From the NCBI GenBank assembly GCA_003598015.1, contig QZKE01000065.1:8280-72279 (forward strand): a DNA stretch of 64,000 bases. Direction: 5' to 3'. Of the stretch, positions 9,428 through 18,552 are shown piece after piece. The stretch is from Actinomycetota bacterium (GTDB lineage Bacteria; Actinomycetota; Geothermincolia; Geothermincolales; RBG-13-55-18). Numbering within the stretch: the first letter of the stretch is position 1; every line of letters begins with the position of its first letter. A program made the translations under genes and the position numbers. The notes under the pieces were generated by a model. The model did not search any database, was not told where the DNA came from, and saw only the letters and a list, made by a program, of their open reading frames with translations.

Positions 9428-11856
9428 AAGCGGCGAAGATGTTTTTCGAGGGCAGACGTCTGGGAGTGATCAAGATGACGGGATGCAAGAACAATATCAT
9501 CAGGGAGAGGCGCGGTGATCCCGAGGCCGCTCCTCATGCCGGCGTCTCCGGCAGCGAGAACGGCTTCGCCATGGTCTTCGTCATCTTCGCCATCATGGTG
9601 GTGGGGATCCTGGGAGCGCTGGTGCTGCTCTATACCGGATATGTCCTGCGCAACGCCGTCGGGGTGACCCCGTCCGCGCGTGCGCAGACGGTGGCCGAGG
9701 CGGGGCTCGAGGCCGCCCACGCCCAACTGGCCTCCGAGGAGATAACCGGGGCGGATACCATAGACGGGTCGATGTGGGAGGGCCAGGGAACGTTCCATGT
9801 GGATGTGAGAGAGGCCGACCTCGGGGACGGCGACCCCTACGACTGGCTGATCACCTCCGAAGGTACGTACACGGCCGAGGTGGAGGGGGTAGAGCGTACC
9901 TTCTACCGCACTTTGCAGGAAGTGATCTCCTTCGCCGGCGGGCATTATTACAGCGCCCTCGACTACGTGCTCTTCTCCAAGGAAGGAGACATCGACATAG
10001 ACCTGGACGGCGACCTGGGGTTCCTGGCGGAATTCGACAATGTCAGCATCGGCGAACCGGGGACCATGAGTAATATCTACGCGGGCCAGGACATCACCCT
10101 GGCCAACTCCGCGAAGATCGGGATCGCAGGCGGCGCCTTCGAGATCTACGGCAACATCTATACCGAGCGCGGCGACGTGATGGCCCGCAGCGTATCCGTG
10201 GCGCTGGCGGGATCGGATATCAATATCAACGGCGACATCTATACCGGCATCATGAACGCTGGCGGCATAGGAGGAGGGGTCAACTTCGAGACCTCGGTGG
10301 GGATCATCGGGGGTAACTCCGTCAACGTTACCGGCAATATAAACGCCCACGGGCGCCTCAAGGACTATCCCTACGGGGTCAGGCTGGACAACTTCGTGGC
10401 TTTCATCGGTGGCTCCACGACCCATATCAGCGGCACCATCAAATCCAACGAGACCGTTTTCGGACAGAACAGGGTTGGAGCGGTGGTCAACGCGACCATA
10501 GATATCGACGGCAACGTCCTGTGCGGGGACGACGTCGAGTTCCGCAACGAGATGCTCATCGGCGCCACCATGCGCAACGACATCAACGGCAGCGTCTATG
10601 CCGCGGGAGATGTCACCCTCTACAGCAACTCGGGGGCGTTGGGGAGCAACACCAGCCGCGTGGCCGGCGACATCCAGGCCGGCGGCGACGTTGACGTATA
10701 CACCAACTTCATCATCGGGACCGGCGGAGGTGGCTACAGCATCGGGCGCAACATCTACGGCAGGAACGTCACCCTCACCAGCAGCCTGGGGGCGGCCGGA
10801 ACCCTCAATAACACCGTGGGCGGCAGCGTCTACTGCCGGGGTGGGAACTTCACCCTGGACAACTACGGGGGGCCGGGGGCCACCTGCACCGCCACCGTAT
10901 CCGGAAGCGTGTACGCCTCGGGAAACGCCACCCTCACCAGCCGGGCGAACGGCTTGTGGCCGGTAAGGGGTATCGCCAGGGCTTACGTCCAGGGTGGCGG
11001 CAGCGTCCTCAACCCGCCCAACCTGGCCGGGGCCTTCGCGGGGGGGAACATGACCCTCACCGCCCAGGAGACCGTGCATTTCATCGTCAACGACGAGGCC
11101 GTGATGAGCGTCTCTCCCAACTCCCGCAGGTCGGTGGGGTCGCCCACCATCAGCGAGATAAATGGCGGTGACGTACAGCAGGGCACCACGGCCCCCGCGG
11201 TGGGAGCTTTCACGCCCTTGGCCGCCAACCCTCCGGAGGCGCCCACCCCCTTCGGCGAGGTGCTGCTGCCGGCGTGCGACTTCGATTACTACCGCGAGCT
11301 TGCCAAGGAACAGGAAGCCATAGACGGTTTGCCGCACTATTTCTCGGGCGATACCAATCTCAACATGACCGAAGCCGACTTCGCCGCCTCCAGCACCCAT
11401 GTGGTCTTCGCCGACGGCAACCTGACCATCGATACGGTGGCGATGCCCCTGGACACCAAGGGCGTCTTTGTGTCCACCGGGAACATAACGCTCAGCGATA
11501 CCCTGAGGACGGACCCGCTCTCGTCCCAGTCCGAGTTCCAGCTCATAGCGAAGAACAAGGTCGCCTACGTCGACGGCTTCAATGCCCAGTGGAACGACGG
11601 GGACAACATGTTCATCTACGCTGCGCACGAGAACTACGACCCCAACAATCCCAACGAGAGCGTCAGCGTCGAGTACGAGATGGGCTGGCTGCGGGACGTC
11701 ACCGGGCAGATCACCGCCCGCGGGGATATCGTGCTGACCTCTCATCCCTGGGCCTTCCTCTTCGGTTCGGACCACTCCATCAAGTACAAGAGCCCTACCG
11801 TGCTGGGCGAGGCCTTCCGCATCCCCTTTACCGTGAAGTCCTGGAAGGAACTGTAA
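9424..11856 (+). CDS. Giant PilX-like pseudopilin fused to a beta-helix repeat domain (putative tip adhesin)
   Basis: ATGA overlap with the upstream pilin. N-terminal ...GSENGFAMVFVIFAIMVVGILGALVLL is a hydrophobic segment without Glu+5, as in PilX/GspK-type pilins. There are many G[DN]I[YN]-type repeats (GNIYTERGDV, INGDIYTG, VTGNINAHG, VAGDIQAGGDVDVYT, VSGSVYASGNATLTS). Confidence 0.75.
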   Translation: MKAAKMFFEGRRLGVIKMTGCKNNIIRERRGDPEAAPHAGVSGSENGFAMVFVIFAIMVVGILGALVLLYTGYVLRNAVGVTPSARAQTVAEAGLEAAHAQLASEEITGADTIDGSMWEGQGTFHVDVREADLGDGDPYDWLITSEGTYTAEVEGVERTFYRTLQEVISFAGGHYYSALDYVLFSKEGDIDIDLDGDLGFLAEFDNVSIGEPGTMSNIYAGQDITLANSAKIGIAGGAFEIYGNIYTERGDVMARSVSVALAGSDININGDIYTGIMNAGGIGGGVNFETSVGIIGGNSVNVTGNINAHGRLKDYPYGVRLDNFVAFIGGSTTHISGTIKSNETVFGQNRVGAVVNATIDIDGNVLCGDDVEFRNEMLIGATMRNDINGSVYAAGDVTLYSNSGALGSNTSRVAGDIQAGGDVDVYTNFIIGTGGGGYSIGRNIYGRNVTLTSSLGAAGTLNNTVGGSVYCRGGNFTLDNYGGPGATCTATVSGSVYASGNATLTSRANGLWPVRGIARAYVQGGGSVLNPPNLAGAFAGGNMTLTAQETVHFIVNDEAVMSVSPNSRRSVGSPTISEINGGDVQQGTTAPAVGAFTPLAANPPEAPTPFGEVLLPACDFDYYRELAKEQEAIDGLPHYFSGDTNLNMTEADFAASSTHVVFADGNLTIDTVAMPLDTKGVFVSTGNITLSDTLRTDPLSSQSEFQLIAKNKVAYVDGFNAQWNDGDNMFIYAAHENYDPNNPNESVSVEYEMGWLRDVTGQITARGDIVLTSHPWAFLFGSDHSIKYKSPTVLGEAFRIPFTVKSWKEL

Positions 11857-11873
11857 TAGAGGCAGAGTGAAGG

Positions 11874-11901
11874 GCCCGGGGCGCGGCGACGCGCCCCGGG
11901 C
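11874..11901 (+). terminator. GC-rich hairpin terminator after the minor-pilin operon
   Basis: GCCCGGGGCGC-ggcgac-GCGCCCCGGGC perfect 11-bp stem 18 nt after the stop at 11856. The tail is only TTGT, so Rho-independence is uncertain. Confidence 0.5.
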
Positions 11902-12015
11902 TTGTAATATGCACGTGCTGTCGCAGGAGGGGCGTGGAGAGGCAGGAACGCGGGCGGGCGTGACGAAAAGAATAATGTGACGCGCGGGTATGCATCGGAG
12001 CAAGGAGAGAGGCGG

Positions 12016-12657
12016 ATGGCATCAGGAAGACGGCGCGGTGCGGGCTTGGAGAAGGAAGGCGGGAAGGCGCGCGGGGAGACAGGCCCGGCGAGGAGAAGCC
12101 TGTACTGGTACCTGATGGTGGTAGGGCTGGTCCTCATCGCTTATTTCACCCTGAACCTGATCATCAACGTCGTCTATGCCGTGGATGCCTCCAGCCAGGG
12201 AGTGCTGGTGGTGCTCGAGGAGCCGCTTTACGAGAACGGTTCTCTGGCCCGGGAGGCGGTGACGACAACGCTGCACGGCGCCTCCGGCTGGGCCGCCGCG
12301 TTCGCTCCCTGGCTGGCCCTGAATGCATATCTCCTCGCCCTGGGGGTGATCTTCTTCGCCATCGGCTATATGCAGACGCCCGTCGAGGAGGAGAGATTGC
12401 CCGTATCCCTCTTCAAGCTGCGCCTCCTGGGGGGCTATCTGCTGGCGCTCGCGGCCGTCATGGTTATATTGGGTTTCGACCGCATTTTCTTTCTGCCCCA
12501 TGAGGCCAAGACGGGGTCGCTGGCCTGGATCGACTGGTACCTCTTCGAATTCCTGGCCCACGTCGTATGGGCGGCCGTCATAGCCTTGCTCGCGGTCTTT
12601 TTACTGCGTGTACAACGCTCTTCCGGGATAGGCGGCGATGCCAAGCCGTCGCAATGA
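12016..12657 (+). CDS. Hypothetical polytopic membrane protein
   Basis: About 4 predicted TM helices (YWYLMVVGLVLIAYFTLNLII, LALNAYLLALGVIFFAIGY, LLGGYLLALAAVMVILGF, FLAHVVWAAVIALLAVFLL). ATG 12016 is preceded by AAGGAGAG at 7-nt spacing. The track start GTG 11977 is an alternative. Confidence 0.6.
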   Translation: MASGRRRGAGLEKEGGKARGETGPARRSLYWYLMVVGLVLIAYFTLNLIINVVYAVDASSQGVLVVLEEPLYENGSLAREAVTTTLHGASGWAAAFAPWLALNAYLLALGVIFFAIGYMQTPVEEERLPVSLFKLRLLGGYLLALAAVMVILGFDRIFFLPHEAKTGSLAWIDWYLFEFLAHVVWAAVIALLAVFLLRVQRSSGIGGDAKPSQ

Positions 12658-12678
12658 CGGGAACCGGAGAACAACGGC

Positions 12679-13785
12679 ATGGCAAGCTCAAACGACGAGA
12701 GAAGAGCTGAATACGTACCCAGGCGCAAGAAATTCCGCAAGCTGATGCGCCAGGAGAGCCTGGACGGGGTGATCGTGAACCACCCACCGGACGTCTACTA
12801 CCTGTGCGGTTTCAGCGGATCCAGTGGGATCGTGGTCCTCCTCCGCGAACGGGGGTACTTCCTCACCGACTTCCGCTACCGCGAGCAGGCTGCACTCGAG
12901 ATAACGGGCTTGCGGGAGGTAATCTATGACAGAAGCCCGGAGGAAGGAGTCGCTGACGTCCTGCGCGGTCGCGCCGGCTTGAGGCTCGGCTTCGATGCAG
13001 CATACATGCCGTATGCCAGCGTCGTGGCCATGCGCCGTCATCTCAAAGGAAAAGCCAGCATAGTGCCCCTGAAAGGCTCTCTGACGCTGCTGAGAGCGCG
13101 CAAGAGCCGGTTGGAGCTCTCGGCCATAGTAACGGGTATAGGCATTGCCCAGGAGGCTTTCAAGAGGGCTTTGAGCGAGGTGGGCCGCGATACGAGCGAA
13201 ATGGACCTGGCAGGGGCGGTGGACGCAGCCGCGCGCGAGAGGGGAGCTGAGAGGCAGTCGTTCGTGACCATAGTCGCCAGCGGTCCGAGGAGTGCGTTGG
13301 TGCACGCTCATCCCTCGCACAAGAAGCTGCGTGGGGCCACGGTGGTGGACTGGGGCGTTATATACGAGGGGTACTGTACCGACGCCACACGCACCGTGGC
13401 CTTCGGAAGGGTCCCCGCCGCATTGAGAAAAGCCCATCGCCTGGTGCTGGAGGCGCAGGATCGGGCCATGCAGAGGATCAAGCCGGGCGTGAAAGCAAGC
13501 GACATCGACCGCGCCGCCCGGGAGGTGATCGAGGCGGCCGGCCTCGGAGACGCCTTCGGTCACGGGCTGGGGCACGGGGTCGGATTGGAGGTGCACGAGC
13601 GGCCTTATATCGGAAGGGCCAGCCGGGACGTGATCGAGGAGGGAATGGTCTTCACCAACGAGCCGGGAATATATCTTCCCGGCATTGGCGGCGTAAGGGT
13701 GGAGGACATGCTGCTGGTGACCGCGCATGGACCGGAACTGCTAACCACCCTGCCCCGCAGCCTCGATCCATCCGACTACCTCTAG
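12679..13785 (+). CDS. pepP: Xaa-Pro aminopeptidase (M24 family)
   Basis: Creatinase/prolidase N-domain plus M24 metal ligands (DWGVIYEGYCTDATRT, HGLGHGVGLEVHE, NEPGIY, VRVED). Shows the classic position upstream of efp. Confidence 0.9.
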   Translation: MASSNDERRAEYVPRRKKFRKLMRQESLDGVIVNHPPDVYYLCGFSGSSGIVVLLRERGYFLTDFRYREQAALEITGLREVIYDRSPEEGVADVLRGRAGLRLGFDAAYMPYASVVAMRRHLKGKASIVPLKGSLTLLRARKSRLELSAIVTGIGIAQEAFKRALSEVGRDTSEMDLAGAVDAAARERGAERQSFVTIVASGPRSALVHAHPSHKKLRGATVVDWGVIYEGYCTDATRTVAFGRVPAALRKAHRLVLEAQDRAMQRIKPGVKASDIDRAAREVIEAAGLGDAFGHGLGHGVGLEVHERPYIGRASRDVIEEGMVFTNEPGIYLPGIGGVRVEDMLLVTAHGPELLTTLPRSLDPSDYL

Positions 13786-13837
13786 GGGCCAGCCCCGGAA
13801 TATTCACCGTCCCATGCCTGGAGCTGACCCCATGCTG

Positions 13838-13846
13838 TGTTAAAAT
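13838..13846 (+). promoter_or_regulatory. Candidate extended -10 promoter element for efp
   Basis: TGTTAAAAT (TGn + TAAAAT) lies 40 nt upstream of the efp ATG in an otherwise GC-rich spacer. No clear -35. Confidence 0.35.
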
Positions 13847-13885
13847 GGGTGACGCACGCAGGGAACGAGACGGGAGCTGGCAGGC

Positions 13886-14446
13886 ATGATAACGACCGCG
13901 GAGTTCAAAAACGGCATGACCATCGAGATGGATGGAGTCCTCTACAACATCGTCTACTTCCAGCACGTAAAGCCGGGAAAAGGTGGCGCCTTCGTACGTT
14001 CGAGACTGAAGAATCTGAGAACGGGGGCGGTCATGGAGAAGACCTTCCGGGCAGGAGAGAAGGTGGAACTGGCCATCCTGGACAAGCGCAGGATGCAGTT
14101 CCTCTACCGTGAGGGGAGCAACTTCGTATTCATGGATATAGAGACCTACGAGCAGATGCCTTTCACGGAAGATGAAGTAGGGGAGGCGGAGAAGTATCTG
14201 ATGGAAGGAGCGGAGGTGGAAGTGCACCTTTACGAAGGGAGGCCGGTAGGCGTGGAGCCCCCGGTCTTCGTGGAGCTGGAGATAGTGGAGACCGCTCCGG
14301 GGGTGAAGGGCGACACCGCCAGCGGGGGGAGCAAGCCGGCTACGCTGCAAAGTGGTCTTGTGGTAAACGTACCCCTGTTCGTAGAGGCGGGCAACAGGAT
14401 AAAGGTGGATACGCGCAGTGGGGAATACGTGGAAAGGGTTGAGTGA
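13886..14446 (+). CDS. efp: Elongation factor P
   Basis: [47 protein letters not shown], with the KPGKG loop. 186 aa. Confidence 0.97.
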   Translation: MITTAEFKNGMTIEMDGVLYNIVYFQHVKPGKGGAFVRSRLKNLRTGAVMEKTFRAGEKVELAILDKRRMQFLYREGSNFVFMDIETYEQMPFTEDEVGEAEKYLMEGAEVEVHLYEGRPVGVEPPVFVELEIVETAPGVKGDTASGGSKPATLQSGLVVNVPLFVEAGNRIKVDTRSGEYVERVE

Positions 14447-14784
14447 GTGGAATGCTGGATACGGGCGTTTTCAAGATGCGCACGGAGATCCTGGAACTCA
14501 TCGCGGGGATAGCTCTCTCGAGGATCGAGGGAGCAACCGGGACCGGAATGCGCGCGGATCATCCCGATGACCTCAAGAAGCGAAAGAGCCTCACCAAGGG
14601 TATCAGGGTGGAGGAGGATGAGGGCAGCGTCGTTTTCGACCTTGACGTGAGCATGGAATACGGCAAGGATTTCGTGGCTCTGGCCATGGAGATCCAGGGA
14701 GCCGTTGCAGAGAAGATATCGACCATGACCGGTTGGGGCGTTGAGGCGGTGAACGTGAACGTGGTGGGGGTGAACGCCTCCTAG
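14443..14784 (+). CDS. Asp23/Gls24 family envelope stress protein
   Basis: About 110 aa with [15 protein letters not shown]...[47 protein letters not shown], typical of the Asp23 family. GTGA overlap with the efp stop; ATG 14452 is an alternative. Confidence 0.8.
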   Translation: MSGMLDTGVFKMRTEILELIAGIALSRIEGATGTGMRADHPDDLKKRKSLTKGIRVEEDEGSVVFDLDVSMEYGKDFVALAMEIQGAVAEKISTMTGWGVEAVNVNVVGVNAS

Positions 14785-15381
14785 GTGAAAGAGCCCAAGT
14801 CCTTCAGCAGGCGCACTCTGGCCCGCATGCTGGCCTGCGACATCCTCTACCAGATGGACCTGACCGGCGATGATGCGGAGAAGGTGACCGGCGAACTCGA
14901 CCGCATGCTCCAGGAAGGTATCGAGGAAGAGCCCAAGCCGCCACAGGATATTCCGGATATATCCCTGGAGCACGTGCGGCTCCTGCTCGGGAGCAGTGCG
15001 GATATCGAGGAGCTGGTGTCGTTCGGCTCGGTCGATTTCGCATACCCCGAAAAGGTCCCTGAGTTCTCGCGGGAACTCGTGGCGCTGTACATGGACAACT
15101 GGGAGGAGATCGACGGTCTGATAGCCTCTTACGCGGACCGCTGGTCGCTCGAGCGCATGCCCATGGTCGACCGCAACCTGTTGAGGTTGGGCTTCAGCGA
15201 ACTGCTCTACCGTTATGATATTCCCCCCAACGTGACCATCAACGAGTATCTCGAGTTGGCCAAGACATTCTCCACCGAGGATTCGGGGAAGTTCATAAAC
15301 GGCGTGCTGGGGAAGCTGGTCAGGGACAAGGGGCTGCAGGGCCACTTGGGGCCGGATGGGCCCGGGGGCGGGGGGAAGTAG
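14785..15381 (+). CDS. nusB: Transcription antitermination factor NusB
   Basis: SRRTLARMLACDILYQMDL...VDRNLLRLGFSELLY...INEYLELAKTFSTEDSGKFINGVLG are NusB signatures. GTG start directly after the asp23 stop. Gly-rich C-terminal tail. Confidence 0.9.
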   Translation: MKEPKSFSRRTLARMLACDILYQMDLTGDDAEKVTGELDRMLQEGIEEEPKPPQDIPDISLEHVRLLLGSSADIEELVSFGSVDFAYPEKVPEFSRELVALYMDNWEEIDGLIASYADRWSLERMPMVDRNLLRLGFSELLYRYDIPPNVTINEYLELAKTFSTEDSGKFINGVLGKLVRDKGLQGHLGPDGPGGGGK

Positions 15382-15506
15382 GCCCGCCGCCGCTGGGGAT
15401 CAGGAGCTCCGCACGCCTCGCGGGCTCTCGAGGCTGGAGAGAAACCTGCCCGGGACGAAGCGGCACATGACAGGCGCCACATGTTGTGTGTTGCCCTGCA
15501 GTATAG

Positions 15507-16175
<669 letters not shown>

Positions 16176-16200
16176 GCCCGTCGGGAGACGGGCTCTTTTC
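16176..16200 (+). terminator. Intrinsic terminator / attenuator between pyrR and pyrB
   Basis: GCCCGTC-ggga-GACGGGC followed by TCTTTTC, immediately after the pyrR stop codon. Confidence 0.7.
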
Positions 16201-16303
16201 ATGATGGGGGTAGCGGAGAAACGCCTGCCCAAACAGGTGATACGTGCCGAGGTCGCCAATGCGGCGTCTTCACGGGCGCTCATCCGTTGCACGGGAGAGG
16301 AGG

Positions 16304-17245
16304 GTGGACTTGGCTGAGAGAAGGCATCTACTGGACGTGGACGACCTGGACCGCGAGGATATGGAGCGGGTACTGGATACGGCCCGCTCCTTCTCGGAAG
16401 TCCTGCACAGGCCCATAAAAAAAGTACCGTCCCTGCGGGGTAAAACGGTGGTGAACCTCTTTTACGAATCCTCCACGCGGACGCGCATGTCATTCGAGGT
16501 GGCGGCGAAGAGGCTCAGCGCCGATGTGCTCAATTTCAACGTCTCCACGTCCAGCGTCGAGAAGGGTGAGAGTTTCAAGGATACCGCGCTCACACTGGAG
16601 GCCATGGGGGTAGACGCCGTCGTGGTCAGGCACCCGGTAGCCGGAGCCCCCTGGCTGCTGCGACAATGGCTGCAGGCCGCCATCCTCAACGCAGGGGACG
16701 GCATGCATGCGCATCCCACCCAGGCGCTCCTGGACCTCTTTACCATGCAGGAGAGGCTGGGCGAGCTGCAGGGCAGGACCATCGCCTTTGTCGGTGACAT
16801 ACTCCATTCACGCGTGGCGCGTTCGGGGATAAAGGCCTGCCGGGCCATGGGGATGAAGGTACTTGCCGTGGCGCCCCCTACGCTGCTGCCCCCGGTCGCG
16901 CTCGAGGGTGTGGTCACCGGCAGTGATCTCGATGACGTGATACCCCATTGTGACGTTCTCTATATGCTGCGTATCCAGATGGAGAGGCAGAAGGAGGGGA
17001 GGTTTCCCTCCCTGGAGGAGTATACGAGACTCTACCAGCTCAACATGCAGCGGCTGGGGAAAGCCAGGCCACAAGTGGTAGTAATGCACCCCGGCCCCAT
17101 GAACCGGGGGGTGGAGATAGCCGCCGAGGTGGCAGACGCCCCTCATGCCGCCATCACCGCCCAGGTCTCGGCGGGGGTGGCGATACGCATGGCGGTGCTC
17201 TTTCTCCTTCTCGGAGGCTCCGAGGGGGGTGAGAAGGTTGCCTGA
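16304..17245 (+). CDS. pyrB: Aspartate carbamoyltransferase catalytic subunit
   Basis: RHLLDVDDLDREDMERVLD..., with the STRTR motif (YESSTRTRMSFE), HPTQALLD and HPGPMNRG. Start GTG 16304 or TTG 16310, after the GGAGAGGAGGG RBS. The track ATG 16244 is probably too early. Confidence 0.93.
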   Translation: MDLAERRHLLDVDDLDREDMERVLDTARSFSEVLHRPIKKVPSLRGKTVVNLFYESSTRTRMSFEVAAKRLSADVLNFNVSTSSVEKGESFKDTALTLEAMGVDAVVVRHPVAGAPWLLRQWLQAAILNAGDGMHAHPTQALLDLFTMQERLGELQGRTIAFVGDILHSRVARSGIKACRAMGMKVLAVAPPTLLPPVALEGVVTGSDLDDVIPHCDVLYMLRIQMERQKEGRFPSLEEYTRLYQLNMQRLGKARPQVVVMHPGPMNRGVEIAAEVADAPHAAITAQVSAGVAIRMAVLFLLLGGSEGGEKVA

Positions 17246-18551
17246 ACTCCTTATCAGGAACGCGAGGATCATGGACCCGTTCAACGAGCTCGACGAGAAG
17301 ATGGACGTGATGATCTCACGAGGCCGCATTGCGGCGCTGGCTAAAGAACTACCCGTGCAGGGCCGGGAGTCAATACAGGCGGAGGGGATGGTACTCGCAC
17401 CCGGTTTCCTGGAGATCCACGCCCATCTGCGCGAGCCCGGAAAAGAGGATGCGGAGACGCTGGAGAGCGGGCTCGAGTCGGCACTGCGTGGCGGTTACAC
17501 CGCTGTATGCTGTATGCCCAATACCGATCCACCCCTGGATAACGCGGCCATCGTGGAAGGCATAGCCGCGAAGGCCAGGGACCTGGGACTGGCCGACCTG
17601 TTCCCCGTAGGCTGCATCTCCAGGAGAAGGGAGGGTAGCGAGCTCGCGGAGATGGCGCTGATGCACTTGAGTGAGGCACATGTGCGGGCTTTCTCCGACG
17701 ACGGCAGCGGGGTCGCTGACTCCGGTCTCATGCGCAGGGCCATGGAGTACGTACAGGCATTCGACGGCCTGCTCATCTCGCACGCCGAAGAGGCGGCGCT
17801 GTCACGCGGGGGTCAGATCAACGAGGGAACGGTCTCCACCGAGATGGGGCTGAAGGGCATACCGGCGCTGGCGGAGGAGGTGATGGTCGCGCGTGACCTC
17901 CTGCTGGCGGAGGAGACCGGATGCCGGCTGCACCTGGCCCACCTAAGCACCGCACGTTCGGTGCGCATGTTGCGAGAAGCGAAAGAACGCGGCGTGAGGG
18001 TGACGGCCGAGGTCACGCCGCACCACCTGCTCTTGAGCGAGATGGATATCGCCGGTTATGACACCGTCTTCAAGGTCAATCCACCCCTGCGCACGCCCCA
18101 TGACGTGCGGTACCTGCAGGAGGCGCTGGCGGACGGCACAATAGATGCCATAGCCACCGACCATGCGCCCCACACTATCGAGGACAAGGAGAAGGAGTTC
18201 GATTATGCCCCCTTCGGAGTGGTGGGGATGGAGAGCGCCTTCCCCGTTCTATACAGCGAGCTCGTCCTGGCGGGGGGTCTCGACCCGATGCGCCTGATAG
18301 CCCTGCTTACCAGCGGTCCCGCGAGAGTACTGGGGCTGCAGCCGCCGCAATACGGAGCGGGGATCGTTGAGGGCGCTCGTGCCGACCTCGTCATCATGGA
18401 CGTGGAGAACGAATGGACGCTGGATGCCAAGCGCTTCGCCTCCAAGGGTCGCAACTGCCCCTTCCATGGGCGGAGGGTGAAGGGCCGGATCCGCTGTACT
18501 CTAAAGAACGGCGGGGTCGCCTATCGCCTGGCCGAAGCGGGGAGCGGTTGA
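17238..18551 (+). CDS. pyrC: Dihydroorotase
   Basis: LPELLIRNARIMDP...LAPGFLEIHAHLREPG...ATDHAPH are metal-dependent amidohydrolase motifs. TTG 17238 (or GTG 17229) overlaps the pyrB stop at 17245. Confidence 0.9.
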   Translation: MPELLIRNARIMDPFNELDEKMDVMISRGRIAALAKELPVQGRESIQAEGMVLAPGFLEIHAHLREPGKEDAETLESGLESALRGGYTAVCCMPNTDPPLDNAAIVEGIAAKARDLGLADLFPVGCISRRREGSELAEMALMHLSEAHVRAFSDDGSGVADSGLMRRAMEYVQAFDGLLISHAEEAALSRGGQINEGTVSTEMGLKGIPALAEEVMVARDLLLAEETGCRLHLAHLSTARSVRMLREAKERGVRVTAEVTPHHLLLSEMDIAGYDTVFKVNPPLRTPHDVRYLQEALADGTIDAIATDHAPHTIEDKEKEFDYAPFGVVGMESAFPVLYSELVLAGGLDPMRLIALLTSGPARVLGLQPPQYGAGIVEGARADLVIMDVENEWTLDAKRFASKGRNCPFHGRRVKGRIRCTLKNGGVAYRLAEAGSG

Positions 18552-18552
18552 A

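Noticed and set aside
9280-12003. 907-aa ORF on the minus strand, the longest ORF in the track for this region
   Set aside because: It is fully antisense to the 810-aa PilX-like gene. Its translation is Arg/Gly/His/Val/Asp-rich with no motifs, typical of shadow ORFs in GC-rich DNA. The plus-strand gene has a prepilin N-terminus, an ATGA coupling and a downstream terminator.
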